DNA from: Acidimicrobiia bacterium
GTDB lineage: Bacteria > Actinomycetota > Acidimicrobiia > Spongiisociales > UBA11373
Assembly (NCBI GenBank): GCA_016932695.1
Contig: JAFGCH010000016.1
Span: 1,709 to 65,708, forward strand
Reading direction: 5' to 3'
Length of the DNA stretch: 64,000 bases
The translations under genes were made by a program, and so were the position numbers. The notes beneath the pieces are model-generated. The model searched no databases, was not told where the DNA came from, and worked only from the letters and a program-made list of their open reading frames with translations. Positions 9,552 through 19,223 of this stretch are shown here, piece by piece; the first letter of the stretch is position 1; each line of letters begins with the position of its first letter.

Positions 9552-10856
9552 GTGCGCTACCGGTGTGAGTCCTGCGGCTACTCCAGTCCCAAGTGGATGG
9601 GGTTCTGCCCCGGCTGCGGCGACCCGGCCCCCCTGGTCGAGGCGCCCGCCGCTCCGGGGCGCCCGGGGGCGAGCCGGGCGGCGCGGGTGACACCGCTCAC
9701 CGAAGTTGGGCCCGACTCGGCTCGCCGGCTCCTCACCGGCATCGAGGAGATCGACCGGGTGCTCGGAGGGGGCTTGGTCCCCGGAGCCACCGTGCTGCTG
9801 GGCGGCGAGCCCGGGGTGGGTAAGTCCACCCTGCTGCTCCAGGTCGCCGGAGTGTTGGCGGCCGCTGGGTCGACCGTCCTCATGGCCAGCGCCGAGGAGT
9901 CGGCCGCTCAGGTGGCCCTCCGGGCGGGCCGGCTGGGCCTGGCGTATCCCGGGGTGCTGCTGGCCGCCGAGCGCGACGTCGATGCCATCATCGCCGCGGC
10001 CGACCGGGCCCGGCCCGACCTGCTGGTGGTGGACTCCGTGCAGACGGTGGCTGCGGCCGAGGTGGGGGGGACCCCGGGGGGAGTGGCGCAGGTGCGCGAG
10101 GCGGCGGCCCGCCTGGTCCACTTCTCCAAGGAGAGCGGGGTGCCGGTGGTGCTGGTGGGGCACGTCACCAAGGACGGCTCCATTGCCGGCCCACGCCTCC
10201 TCGAGCATGCCGTGGACGTAGTGCTGTATCTCGAGGGCGACGTGGAGCGGGGATTACGGGTGCTGCGCAGTCTCAAGAACCGCTTCGGCGCCACCCATCA
10301 GGTGGGGTTGTTCGAGATGGGCGACGCCGGCATGCGGCCCGTGCCCGACCCCTCGGGTTGGCTGGTGGCCGGCTGGAAGGGGGATGTCCCCGGCAGTGTG
10401 GTGTTCCCTTCGGTCGACGGGCGCCGGCCGTTGCTGGTCGAGGTGCAGGCGCTGGTCTCCCCTCACGCCGTGGCGACCCCACGGCGCAGCGTGCGGGGCC
10501 TCGAGGCGGCCCGGGTCCATCAGGTTCTGGCGGTGCTCGACCGTCACGCCCGCTTTCGTCTGGGTGACCGGGACGTTTACGTCTCGGTGGTCGGGGGCTT
10601 GCAGGTGCGCGACCCCGGTGCCGACCTCCCGGTGGCCATCGCCCTGGTGTCGTCCTATCTCGACCGGCCGCTGGGGCCCATCGCCGCCTGGGGGGAGGTG
10701 GGGCTCACCGGCGAGGTGCGCGCCGTGGCATACGGAGACCGCCGCGCCGGCGAGGCCGCTCGGCTCGGGGTGGGCGTGGTGGTCGGGCCCACCGGCAACG
10801 GGGAGGATCGCATCGAGCGGGCCCTAGTGCGCGCCGGGCTTCCGCCGGCTTCCTGA
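9552..10856 (+). CDS. radA: DNA repair protein RadA/Sms
   Basis: C4 zinc finger, GEPGVGKSTLLLQ, KNRFG motif, Lon-like C-terminus. Confidence 0.96.
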   Translation: MRYRCESCGYSSPKWMGFCPGCGDPAPLVEAPAAPGRPGASRAARVTPLTEVGPDSARRLLTGIEEIDRVLGGGLVPGATVLLGGEPGVGKSTLLLQVAGVLAAAGSTVLMASAEESAAQVALRAGRLGLAYPGVLLAAERDVDAIIAAADRARPDLLVVDSVQTVAAAEVGGTPGGVAQVREAAARLVHFSKESGVPVVLVGHVTKDGSIAGPRLLEHAVDVVLYLEGDVERGLRVLRSLKNRFGATHQVGLFEMGDAGMRPVPDPSGWLVAGWKGDVPGSVVFPSVDGRRPLLVEVQALVSPHAVATPRRSVRGLEAARVHQVLAVLDRHARFRLGDRDVYVSVVGGLQVRDPGADLPVAIALVSSYLDRPLGPIAAWGEVGLTGEVRAVAYGDRRAGEAARLGVGVVVGPTGNGEDRIERALVRAGLPPAS

Positions 10857-10905
10857 GCCCCCGCTCAGGTGCCCAAGGCCCCGCGCCGTAGTAGCCTCGC
10901 CCGGA

Positions 10906-11967
10906 ATGACCAAGCGCGACGCCGCCCTCGACGTCCTCCGCTCCCTGGCTCCCGGGACCCCGCTGCGACGGGCCGTGGAGCTGATCCTCAGCCAGGATTC
11001 CGGCGCGCTCATCGTGCTGGGCTATGGCCCCGACATCGAGGGCATCTGTAGCGGCGGGTTCCACCTCGAGGGGGCTCAGTTCAGCCCGGCCCGGCTCGCC
11101 GAGCTGGCCAAGATGGACGGGGCGGTGATCCTCGAGGAGGGGGGGGAGATGATCCGGCGTGCCAACGTCCATCTCATCCCCGACCCCGACATCCCCACTC
11201 TGGAGACCGGGACCCGCCACCGTACGGCCGAGCGGGTGGCGGTGCAGACGGGCCGCCCGGTGGTGGTGGTCAGCCAGGGCCGAAGCATGGTCACCGTTTA
11301 CACCCGGAGGGGCAAGCACGAGCTGCGCAGCCCCACGGCGCTGCTCGAGCAAGCCAATCAGAACCTCCTGACGCTGGAGCGATTCCGCTGGCGGCTCAAC
11401 GAAGTGGAGAGTCGGCTCACCCAGCTCGAGGTGGACGACGTCGTGGCCTGCCGGGATGTGGTGCGGGTGCTGCAGCGGGCGGCCCTGGTGCATCACATCG
11501 CCCGCGACCTGGAGCACTACTCGGTGGAGTTGGGAGGAGAAGGACAGCTGACCCGCATCCAGCTGGAAGACCTCATCACCGGTGTCAAGGAGACCGCCGA
11601 GCAGGTGTACGTAGACTACGCCCGCACCTTCCCGCCACAGACCCGCCAGCCCCTCGACCTCCTCGAGGGCCTCAGCACCGAGCACCTCGGGGACCCGTCG
11701 CGAGTGGCTTCGCTCCTGGGCCTGGGCCCTCTCGATGCCCGGATGCGCCCTCGCGGTTATCGGGCGCTGAATAGGGTGCCGCGCCTCCCGGAGACCGTGA
11801 AGTCCTCTCTGGTGGCCCGTTTCGGCGAGCTGCAGAGCCTGTTGCGGGCTTCGGTCGGCGACCTCGACGAGGTGGAAGGCGTCGGCCGGGCGCGGGCCCG
11901 GCAACTACGGCACTACTTCGACCGCCTCCTCGAGTCCAACCGGGCTTGGGCCGTCGACGAGGCGTGA
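10906..11967 (+). CDS. disA: DNA integrity scanning diadenylate cyclase DisA
   Basis: KMDGA and GTRHRTAER motifs, C-terminal HhH (VEGVGRARA), follows radA. Confidence 0.96.
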   Translation: MTKRDAALDVLRSLAPGTPLRRAVELILSQDSGALIVLGYGPDIEGICSGGFHLEGAQFSPARLAELAKMDGAVILEEGGEMIRRANVHLIPDPDIPTLETGTRHRTAERVAVQTGRPVVVVSQGRSMVTVYTRRGKHELRSPTALLEQANQNLLTLERFRWRLNEVESRLTQLEVDDVVACRDVVRVLQRAALVHHIARDLEHYSVELGGEGQLTRIQLEDLITGVKETAEQVYVDYARTFPPQTRQPLDLLEGLSTEHLGDPSRVASLLGLGPLDARMRPRGYRALNRVPRLPETVKSSLVARFGELQSLLRASVGDLDEVEGVGRARARQLRHYFDRLLESNRAWAVDEA

Positions 11968-12022
11968 GCCCGGGGCTCCCACCCCCCGGGGGTACAATGC
12001 CGTCCCCCATCCGGTGAGGCGC

Positions 12023-13009
12023 ATGGCCGCGGACAAGAAGACCCCCGCACGCCCTGCCGCGGCCCCGACCAAGGCGGCCGCGTCCCAGGGCGTCAAGTCG
12101 GTTTCGAAGGCAGCAACGGCGGCGGCAAAGGCAGAGGCCGCAGCACCGAAGCCCGAGCCCAAGAAGCCCGCCCCGAAGAAGGCGGAGCCCAAGAGACCCG
12201 TCCCCAAGAAGGCGGAGCCGAAGAAGCCCGTCTCCAAGAAGCCCGAGGTCGAGAAGCCGGAAGCTAAGAAGCCGGCGCCGAAGGCAGCAGGGCCCAAGAA
12301 AGCGGAGCCCAAGAAAGCGGCGGCCAAGAAGCCCGTTCCCAAGAAGGCCGAGGTCGAGAAGCCCGGAGCAGGGAAGCCGGCGCTGAAGAAGGCGGAGCCC
12401 AAGACGCCGGTGTCGAAGAAGGCGGAGCCGAAGAAGCCCATTCCCAAGAAGCCGGAGGCCAAGAAGCCGGAGCCCAAGAAGGAAGCCCGCCCCACTCCGC
12501 CGCCTTCCCCCTTCGCCGTCGGCGACAAGGTGGTGTACCCCCACCACGGTGCGGCGGTGATCACCCGCCGGGAGCGGGTCGACTTCCAGGGGCAGCGCAC
12601 CGACTACTTCGTCCTCGAGGTGGCCACCGATCAGCTCATCCTCAAGGTCCCGGTGCAGAGCGCGGTGGAGCGCGGGGTGCGGCCGGTGATATCGCGGGCT
12701 GTGGCTCGCAAGGTGCTGGCCATCTTCAAGGAACCTCCCGAGGAGGCCGGGGCCAACTGGAGCCGCTGGTACAAGCTCCTCACCGAGAAGATCAACAGCG
12801 GCGACATCTTCCAGGTGGCGGAGGTGGTGCGCGACCTCACCTTCGCCCAGCAGACCAAGGGCATCTCCCCGGCGCTGAAGCGGATGCTCTCCAAGGCGCG
12901 GCTGATCCTGGCCAGCGAGCTTCGGTTTGCCCTCGATGTGACCGAAGAAGAGGCCATGAAGCGGCTCGACAAGGCCCTCCCCCGGGTGGAGGTCGCCGAG
13001 GAGCTCTGA
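12023..13009 (+). CDS. carD: CarD family transcription factor with a long N-terminal Lys/Pro/Ala-rich repeat extension
   Basis: FAVGDKVVYPHHGA, NWSRWYK, SGDIFQVAEVVRDL, LASEL; lies upstream of PIN/TRAM-ispD-ispF. Confidence 0.9.
   Translation: MAADKKTPARPAAAPTKAAASQGVKSVSKAATAAAKAEAAAPKPEPKKPAPKKAEPKRPVPKKAEPKKPVSKKPEVEKPEAKKPAPKAAGPKKAEPKKAAAKKPVPKKAEVEKPGAGKPALKKAEPKTPVSKKAEPKKPIPKKPEAKKPEPKKEARPTPPPSPFAVGDKVVYPHHGAAVITRRERVDFQGQRTDYFVLEVATDQLILKVPVQSAVERGVRPVISRAVARKVLAIFKEPPEEAGANWSRWYKLLTEKINSGDIFQVAEVVRDLTFAQQTKGISPALKRMLSKARLILASELRFALDVTEEEAMKRLDKALPRVEVAEEL
12161..12490 (+). repeat. 22 degenerate 15-bp tandem units encoding KK-x-x-P-type pentapeptides
   Basis: KKPAP KKAEP KRPVP KKAEP KKPVS ... 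KKPEP KKEAR read directly from the translation. Confidence 0.9.
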
Positions 13010-13016
13010 GGCGGCG

Positions 13017-14072
13017 ATGCTCATCGAACTAGTTCGCCTGGTGGTGACTCTGGGGCTCACCGCCGCCGGCTTTCTCATCGGACGCGAGGTGCCCGGTTGG
13101 TTCTCCGGCCGCACCATCGACCCCGACGCCGCCATCGTGGTCGGCACTGTGATCGGCGCCGGCCTGGGTTACGTAGTCGGCGGCCTGCTGGGCCGCGGCA
13201 TCCGGCGAGGCCTCGATCGGGCGCCGCAGCTGGTGGCGCGGGCCTCCGGCCCGCAGCTCTTTGCCGGGACCTTCGGCATGGTCGCCGGGCTGTTGGTGGG
13301 GACGGTGGCCGGCCTGCCTCTGGTGCTGCTGGCCCCGGCGGTGGTGGGCTGGCCGGTAGCGAGCCTGATCGTGGTGGTGCTGGCTGCATTCGGCGGGCGG
13401 GTCTTCGCCGCACGAGCACACGACCTGCTCGCTGCCGCCGGCCTGCGCTCGCGCACCGCGACCCGGCGCAGCCCTTCCGGGGGCGGCTACGTCATCGATA
13501 CCTCGGCGGCCATCGACGGGAGGGTGCTGGAGCTGGCCCGGGCCGGGGTTGTAGGCGGCGAGGTATGGGTGCCCGAGTTCGTCCTCGACGAACTGCAGGG
13601 CATCGCCGACTCCGGCAGCAAAGAGCGGCGCCGGCGCGGGCGGCGAGGGCTGGAGGTCCTGGAGGCCCTGCGCGACGTGCCCGCCGTGGAGGTGCATGCT
13701 GCGGAGGCCGATCTTCCCGGCTACGAAGGGGTCGACGCCAAGCTCGTCGCCCTGTGCCAGCGGAGCGGAGCCACCCTGGTGTCCACCGACTCCAACCTGG
13801 CCCGGGCGGCCGGCTTGCGGGGAGTGGCCGTGCTCAACCCGCAGACCCTGGGGGAGATGCTCCGTCCCCAGTACCTGGCCGGCGATCGCTTGGACCTCAA
13901 GATCGAGCGTGCCGGTACCGAGCCGGGGCAGGGGGTGGGTTACCTGGACGACGGCACCATGGTGGTCGTCGAAGGCGCCGCCGAAGTCGTGGGGCAGATG
14001 GTGGAGGTCGAAGTGGCCAACACCCTGCGCACCTCGGTGGGCCGGATGGTGTTCGCCAAGCTGGAGCCATGA
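13017..14072 (+). CDS. Membrane PIN/TRAM domain protein (YacL-like)
   Basis: N-terminal TM helices, VIDTSAAIDGR, RGRRGL, QGVGYLDDGTMVVVE. Confidence 0.92.
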   Translation: MLIELVRLVVTLGLTAAGFLIGREVPGWFSGRTIDPDAAIVVGTVIGAGLGYVVGGLLGRGIRRGLDRAPQLVARASGPQLFAGTFGMVAGLLVGTVAGLPLVLLAPAVVGWPVASLIVVVLAAFGGRVFAARAHDLLAAAGLRSRTATRRSPSGGGYVIDTSAAIDGRVLELARAGVVGGEVWVPEFVLDELQGIADSGSKERRRRGRRGLEVLEALRDVPAVEVHAAEADLPGYEGVDAKLVALCQRSGATLVSTDSNLARAAGLRGVAVLNPQTLGEMLRPQYLAGDRLDLKIERAGTEPGQGVGYLDDGTMVVVEGAAEVVGQMVEVEVANTLRTSVGRMVFAKLEP

Positions 14073-14677
14073 CGATCCACGGCATCCTGGTTGCCGCCGG
14101 GCGCGGGGAGCGCTTCGGGGGCCCCAAGCATGCTGCCCTGCTGCGCGGCCGCCCTCTCTGGGAGTGGGGGCGGGAGGCCCTCCGCCGCGGGGGAGTGGAC
14201 GAGTTGGTGGTCGTTGGGGATGTGCCGGGCGGCGTCCCGGGAGGGGCGCGGCGGCGCGACTCGGTGTGGGCCGGCCTCGCGGCGCTGCCCGCATCGGCTT
14301 GCCACGTGCTGATCCACGATGCCGCCAGGCCGCTGGCGTCGGCCGACCTGGTGCGGCGGGTCATCGACCGTCTCCTGGTCGGAGGGGTCGATGCGGTGGT
14401 GCCCGTCGTCCCGGTGCGGGACACCCTGAAGCGGGTGGAGGATGGCTGGGTGGTGCGGACGGTGGATCGGCGCGACCTGGTTGCGGCGCAGACGCCCCAG
14501 GGCTTCAAGGTGGAGGTGCTGCGAGCCGCTCATCGGACCGGGGACGACGACGCTGGAGATGATGCCGTCATGGTGGAATGGATCGGGGGCAGCGTGGCCT
14601 GCGTCGAGGGCGAGGTGGCCAATCTGAAGGTCACCTACCCCGGCGACCTGGCCTTGGCCGAGGCCTGGCTGTCATGA
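14069..14677 (+). CDS. ispD: 2-C-methyl-D-erythritol 4-phosphate cytidylyltransferase
   Basis: AAGRGERFG..PK, VLIHDAARP, QTPQGF, NLKVTYPGD; ATGA overlaps. Confidence 0.92.
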   Translation: MTIHGILVAAGRGERFGGPKHAALLRGRPLWEWGREALRRGGVDELVVVGDVPGGVPGGARRRDSVWAGLAALPASACHVLIHDAARPLASADLVRRVIDRLLVGGVDAVVPVVPVRDTLKRVEDGWVVRTVDRRDLVAAQTPQGFKVEVLRAAHRTGDDDAGDDAVMVEWIGGSVACVEGEVANLKVTYPGDLALAEAWLS

Positions 14678-15147
14678 GGGTGGGCTGGGGCTTTGATGCC
14701 CATCGCTTCGGGGGGGCGGGCCGGACCCTCCTGGGCGGAGTGGTGGCCGACCGGGCCCGCGGCGTGGAGGCCACCTCCGACGGCGACGTGCTGGCGCACG
14801 CCGTGGCCGACGCCCTGCTCGGGGCGGCCGCCCTCGGCGACCTGGGGGCGCTCTTCCCCTCCGGCGACCCTCGCTGGCGGGGGGCCGACAGTATGGGCCT
14901 CCTGGCCGAGGTGGTATCCCGGGTGATGGCCGCCGGGTACCGCGTGACCTCACTCGATGCCACTGTGATCGCCCAGGAAGTGCGGGTGGCACCCCATCGG
15001 GAGGCGATCCGGGAGCGCCTCGCCGCCGTCCTGGAGACCGACGCCGTGGCGGTCTCGGTCAAGGCCACGACCACCGACGGGCTGGGCTTCCTGGGCCGGG
15101 ACGAGGGGCTGGCCGCGATGGCGATAGTGGTCCTCGAGCGGGCGTGA
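14674..15147 (+). CDS. ispF: 2-C-methyl-D-erythritol 2,4-cyclodiphosphate synthase
   Basis: GFDAH, SDGDVLAHAVADALLGA, VSVKATTTDGLGFLGR. Confidence 0.95.
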   Translation: MRVGWGFDAHRFGGAGRTLLGGVVADRARGVEATSDGDVLAHAVADALLGAAALGDLGALFPSGDPRWRGADSMGLLAEVVSRVMAAGYRVTSLDATVIAQEVRVAPHREAIRERLAAVLETDAVAVSVKATTTDGLGFLGRDEGLAAMAIVVLERA

Positions 15148-15171
15148 GGCCGAAAGCACCGAGCCGGGGGG

Positions 15172-16326
15172 CTAGACGCGCCGCAGGAGGAGAGCGGCGA
15201 TCGCCGCCAGAGCGGCCCCGCTAGCGAACGCCGCCGTCGGCCCGAACCCGGCATAAAGGGCACCGAAGAGCAGCGAGGCCGGCAGCGCCGCCAGGCCGAT
15301 CACGGCGTGGTAGGCGCCGAAAGCGGTGCCGCGGGCGTCGGCCCCTGCCATGTCGGCGACCCAGGCTCTCTCCACCGGCTCGGTCAGCCCGTAGTAGAGG
15401 CCGTACACGAGGAACAGAGCGACCAGGCCCGCGGTCCCCGGCATCAGGCCGAAACCCAGGTAGACGGCGGCGTACACCCCCCAGCCGGCAAGCACCATCG
15501 GCCGGCGCCCCAGCCGGTCCGACAGGCGCCCCCCGAACCAGGTGGCTCCCATCTTCACCGCGTGCAGGCCGGCCCACAGGAGGGCGATATCGGCTGCCCC
15601 GATCCCGGCATCGTTGAAGCGCAGCAGCAAGAAGGCGTCGGCGCTGTTCCCCAGGGTGAAGATCCCGACGGCCATCAGGAAGCGTCGCAGCTGGGGGCTG
15701 AGGGCAGCCCCGCCGGGCACCGGCGTGGGAGGTGCGGCTCGGGTCGGCCGGGGGACCTCGTGCACGGCGAAGACGAGGATTGCCATGACTACCAGGGCGG
15801 GCAGCCCGGCCAGGAGGAACACCTCGCGCAGGCCCATTCCCGGGATGGTCAGCAGCGCCGCGGCGACCAGCGGCCCGGCGACCGCCCCGGCGTGGTCCAT
15901 AGCGCGCTGCAGCCCGAAGGCAGCCCCGTGCCGCTCGGGCGGGGTCACGTCGGCGATGAGGGCGTCGCGAGGCGATGTGCGTACGCCCTTGCCCACCCGG
16001 TCGAACACGCGGAGGGCCGCCACCGCGGGCCAGGCGCCTGCCAGACCGATCAGCGGACGGGCCGCGCCGGAGATCCCGTACCCGGCGACGACCAGGGCCT
16101 TGCGCCGGCCCCAGCGATCGGCCAGCCGTCCCGAGGCGGCCTTGAGCAGGGCGGCCACCGATTCGGCGGCACCCTCGATCACCCCCAGCGCCACCGCCCC
16201 CGCACCCAGCGTCTGCAGCAGGAACAGCGGCAGCAGCGGGTAGATCATCTCGCTGGACAGATCGGTGAGCAGGCTCACCACGCCCAGCGACACCACCGTC
16301 GCCGGGAGGCCCAGCCGGCGTCTCAC
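15172..16326 (-). CDS. MFS transporter
   Basis: GRLADRWGRRK, DRVGKGVRTSPRDALI, GRLSDRLGRR; GTG start overlaps the GDPD stop. Confidence 0.9.
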   Translation of the reverse strand: MRRRLGLPATVVSLGVVSLLTDLSSEMIYPLLPLFLLQTLGAGAVALGVIEGAAESVAALLKAASGRLADRWGRRKALVVAGYGISGAARPLIGLAGAWPAVAALRVFDRVGKGVRTSPRDALIADVTPPERHGAAFGLQRAMDHAGAVAGPLVAAALLTIPGMGLREVFLLAGLPALVVMAILVFAVHEVPRPTRAAPPTPVPGGAALSPQLRRFLMAVGIFTLGNSADAFLLLRFNDAGIGAADIALLWAGLHAVKMGATWFGGRLSDRLGRRPMVLAGWGVYAAVYLGFGLMPGTAGLVALFLVYGLYYGLTEPVERAWVADMAGADARGTAFGAYHAVIGLAALPASLLFGALYAGFGPTAAFASGAALAAIAALLLRRV

Positions 16327-17051
16327 GGCTCGGGCAAGCCCAGCGCCTGCCGTAGCGTGTCCGGTCTGTTGGTGATGATCCCGTCGACGCCGGCGGCCGC
16401 CAGGCGGCGGCCTTCCCCCGGGTCGTCGACCGTCCAGGCCATCAGCAGCATCCCCGCCCGGTGAGCCTCCTCCGCCAGGTCGAATGCGGAGTCTCCTGCC
16501 AGGGAGGCGGCGTGGGGCAGCAGCGCGGCGTGCCCCGCCTGCCCCGCCTCGGCTAGGGCCGGGAAGGGGGCCGCTCCCTCGTCCACCAGCCGACCGGTAG
16601 GGAGGTTCGGGGCCAGGGAGCGGGCCCGGGCGATGGTGCCCGGGTTGAAGGAGGTGACCAGCACCGCCCCGCCCCGCCCGGCGGCCATCGCGGCCAGCAC
16701 CGCGGCGAGGAGGGCATCCTCGGGGTCCCAGTCGGGGTCGGCGGGGGAGTTCTTTACGTCGATGTCCACCCACATCCCGGCACAGGCCGCCAGCGCCTCG
16801 GACAGGGTGGGGACCCAAGGTGCCCGCCGACGGAGGGAGGCCTCGGTGTGCTCCACCATGGCTCCCACCCCGGGGATGAGGGCGTCGTGGTGCACCATCG
16901 CGGCCCCATCGGCGGTCCGGCGGACGTCGAGCTCCACCGCATCGGCCCCCAGCCGGGCCGCGCCCCGGAAGGCGGCCAGGGTGTTCTCCGGGTGGGCGGC
17001 GGAGGCGCCGCGGTGGGCAATCACCCAGGGGCGTCCCGGCGGAGAGAGCAT
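16323..17051 (-). CDS. Glycerophosphodiester phosphodiesterase
   Basis: IAHRGASAAHPENTLAAF, ELDV, HHD, WTVDD, GVDGIITNRP. Confidence 0.92.
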   Translation of the reverse strand: MLSPPGRPWVIAHRGASAAHPENTLAAFRGAARLGADAVELDVRRTADGAAMVHHDALIPGVGAMVEHTEASLRRRAPWVPTLSEALAACAGMWVDIDVKNSPADPDWDPEDALLAAVLAAMAAGRGGAVLVTSFNPGTIARARSLAPNLPTGRLVDEGAAPFPALAEAGQAGHAALLPHAASLAGDSAFDLAEEAHRAGMLLMAWTVDDPGEGRRLAAAGVDGIITNRPDTLRQALGLPEP

Positions 17052-17088
17052 CCGGGAGAGGGTACCCGCCGCTGATACCATCGGCGCC
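17052..17088. promoter_or_regulatory. Back-to-back -10 elements for divergent, apparently leaderless GDPD and cysS
   Basis: TACCCT (minus, 17064-17059) and TACCAT (plus, 17076-17081), each 7 nt before its start codon. Confidence 0.6.
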
Positions 17089-18489
17089 GTGCGGGTCTAC
17101 AACACCCTGGGAAGAGAACTGCAGCCCTTCCGCACCCGGGTGCCGGGCGAGGTGACCATGTACACCTGCGGGCCCACGGTGCAGTCGGCGCCGCATGTGG
17201 GCCACGGGCGCCAGGCGGTGGCCTTCGACGTCATCCGCCGCTATCTGGAGTGGCGGGGCTACCAGGTCACCTACGTCACCAACATCACCGACATCGAAGA
17301 CAAGATCATCAACGCCGCCGCCGAACAGGGCATCTCGACGGTCGAGGTGGCCGAGCGGGCTACGGCGCAGTTCCTCGAGGCCTACCGGCGGCTCGGCGTG
17401 CGGCCTCCGGATCGCCTGTGCTACGCCACCAAGGAGATCCCGCGCATGCTGGAGATGATCTCCCGTCTGGTGGAGCGGGGCCACGCCTACCCGGCGGCGG
17501 GCAGCGTCTACTTCTCGGTGGCCTCCTTCCCCGGATACGGCAAGCTCTCCGGGCGCAACCCGGACGAGTTGCTCGCCGGGGTCCGTGTCGAGCCGGGCGA
17601 GGAGAAGCGCCACCCGGCCGACTTCGCCCTGTGGAAGGCCTCCAAGCCCGGGGAGCCTTCCTGGGACTCGCCGTGGGGGCCGGGCCGGCCCGGCTGGCAC
17701 ATCGAGTGCTCGGCGATGGCCCAGGGGGAGCTGGGCTTCGGCTTCGACATCCACGGCGGGGGGCTCGACCTGGTCTTCCCGCACCACGAGAACGAGATCG
17801 CCCAGGCCGAGGCCGCGGTCGGCACTGCCCCCTTTGCCCGCTACTGGCTGCATAACGGCATGGTGAACCTGCGGGGAGAGAAGATGGCCAAGTCCACCGG
17901 CAATGTGGTGGGCCTGCTCGATCTGCTCGACCGCTACCCGCCGCTGGCGGTGCGCCTCTTCTACCTGCGGGCTCACTACCGAGCACCGCTGGACTTCTTC
18001 GAGGAGGCTCTGGCCGACTCCGCCGCCTCGCTGGAGCGGCTGTGGGCGTTCCGGCGCCGGGCCGGGCAGGCGGCCGCCCCGGTGCCCAATGCCATCGCCG
18101 GCTTCGCCGAGGCCATGGACGATGACTTCAACACTGCCGGCGCCATGGGGGTGCTCTTCGACCTGATCCGGGAAGGGAACCGGCGTCTCGACGAGGGGGA
18201 GGACGCCGGGCCCCAGGCGGGCGCTTTCGATGAGATCATCGGGGTGCTGGGCCTGGCCGAGCCGGTGGCGGGCCTCGACGACCTGGCCGGGCCGCTCCGC
18301 GACCTGGCGGCGGCGGTGGAAGTGGACGCCGGGGAGGCCGCCGCCACTCTGGAAGCCCTCATTGCCCGGCGGGCCCGGGCCCGGGCCGAGCGCGCCTGGG
18401 CGCTGAGCGACGAGATCCGCGACCGCCTGGCGACGCTGGGCATCGTGCTCGAGGACGGCCCCGATGGCACCGTCTGGCGCCGGCGCTGA
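17089..18489 (+). CDS. cysS: Cysteine--tRNA ligase
   Basis: [43 protein letters not shown]. Confidence 0.97.
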   Translation: MRVYNTLGRELQPFRTRVPGEVTMYTCGPTVQSAPHVGHGRQAVAFDVIRRYLEWRGYQVTYVTNITDIEDKIINAAAEQGISTVEVAERATAQFLEAYRRLGVRPPDRLCYATKEIPRMLEMISRLVERGHAYPAAGSVYFSVASFPGYGKLSGRNPDELLAGVRVEPGEEKRHPADFALWKASKPGEPSWDSPWGPGRPGWHIECSAMAQGELGFGFDIHGGGLDLVFPHHENEIAQAEAAVGTAPFARYWLHNGMVNLRGEKMAKSTGNVVGLLDLLDRYPPLAVRLFYLRAHYRAPLDFFEEALADSAASLERLWAFRRRAGQAAAPVPNAIAGFAEAMDDDFNTAGAMGVLFDLIREGNRRLDEGEDAGPQAGAFDEIIGVLGLAEPVAGLDDLAGPLRDLAAAVEVDAGEAAATLEALIARRARARAERAWALSDEIRDRLATLGIVLEDGPDGTVWRRR

Positions 18490-19213
18490 GGTCGAAGGGC
18501 TGCACGCCGTGGCCGCCGCGGTGGCGGCGGGCCGGGTGGAGCGCCTATTCGTGGAAGCGGGGCGCGCCGAGGCCTTGCGTCGCTTGCGGGACGAGGCCGC
18601 CGCGGCCGGGGCCGAGGTGCAGGTGGTGCCGGACCTGGGCCGTCTGGCGGCCACCACCGCCCCGCAGGGAGTGGTGGCCCATTGCCGGCCCCTGCGGACT
18701 TTCGATCTCGTCGCGGTGGCGGGGCGGCAGTCCCCGGCGGCCCTCGTGGTGCTGGACCACTTGGAGGACCCGCGCAACGTGGGGGCCGTCGCCCGCTCGG
18801 CCCTGGCGGCCGGCATGACCGGCTTGGTGCTCGCCCGGCGCCGCTCCGCCCCGCTGGGGGCCACCGCTTTCAAGGCGGCGGCCGGGGCCCTGGAGCGCCT
18901 GCCGGTGGCTCTGGTCTCCTCGGTGGCGCAGGCGGTGGCCGACTTGGGTCGTCTGGGCGTCTGGACCGTGGGGCTGGATGCCGAGGCAACGCGCTCCCTG
19001 TTCGGCCTGCAACTGCTGGCCGAACCGGTGGCCGTCGTGGTCGGCGCGGAAGGCCGGGGCCTGGCCCCGCTGGTGGCCGACCGGGTGGACGCCAGAGTCT
19101 TCATTCCTCTGGGCGGGGGCGTGGAGAGCCTCAACGCCGCGGTGGCCGTCTCCCTCGCGTGCTACGAAGTGGCCCGGGTGCGGGTGGGGAGCAGGGAAGG
19201 CGCCGCGGGTTAG
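18464..19213 (+). CDS. rlmB: 23S rRNA 2'-O-methyltransferase (TrmH/RlmB family)
   Basis: LDHLEDPRNVGA, VVGAEGRGL, ESLNAAVA; follows cysS. Confidence 0.85.
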   Translation: MAPSGAGAEVEGLHAVAAAVAAGRVERLFVEAGRAEALRRLRDEAAAAGAEVQVVPDLGRLAATTAPQGVVAHCRPLRTFDLVAVAGRQSPAALVVLDHLEDPRNVGAVARSALAAGMTGLVLARRRSAPLGATAFKAAAGALERLPVALVSSVAQAVADLGRLGVWTVGLDAEATRSLFGLQLLAEPVAVVVGAEGRGLAPLVADRVDARVFIPLGGGVESLNAAVAVSLACYEVARVRVGSREGAAG

Positions 19214-19223
19214 GCTGGCCGCC

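Noticed and set aside
13097-14068. Long N-terminal extension of IspD
   Set aside because: Out-of-frame overlap with the PIN/TRAM gene; ATG 14069 overlaps the upstream stop and matches the IspD N-terminus
15172-19134. 1320-aa minus-strand ORF
   Set aside because: Only the last 384 aa (MFS) are real; the rest overlaps GDPD out of frame and is antisense to cysS/rlmB, typical of GC-rich shadow ORFs
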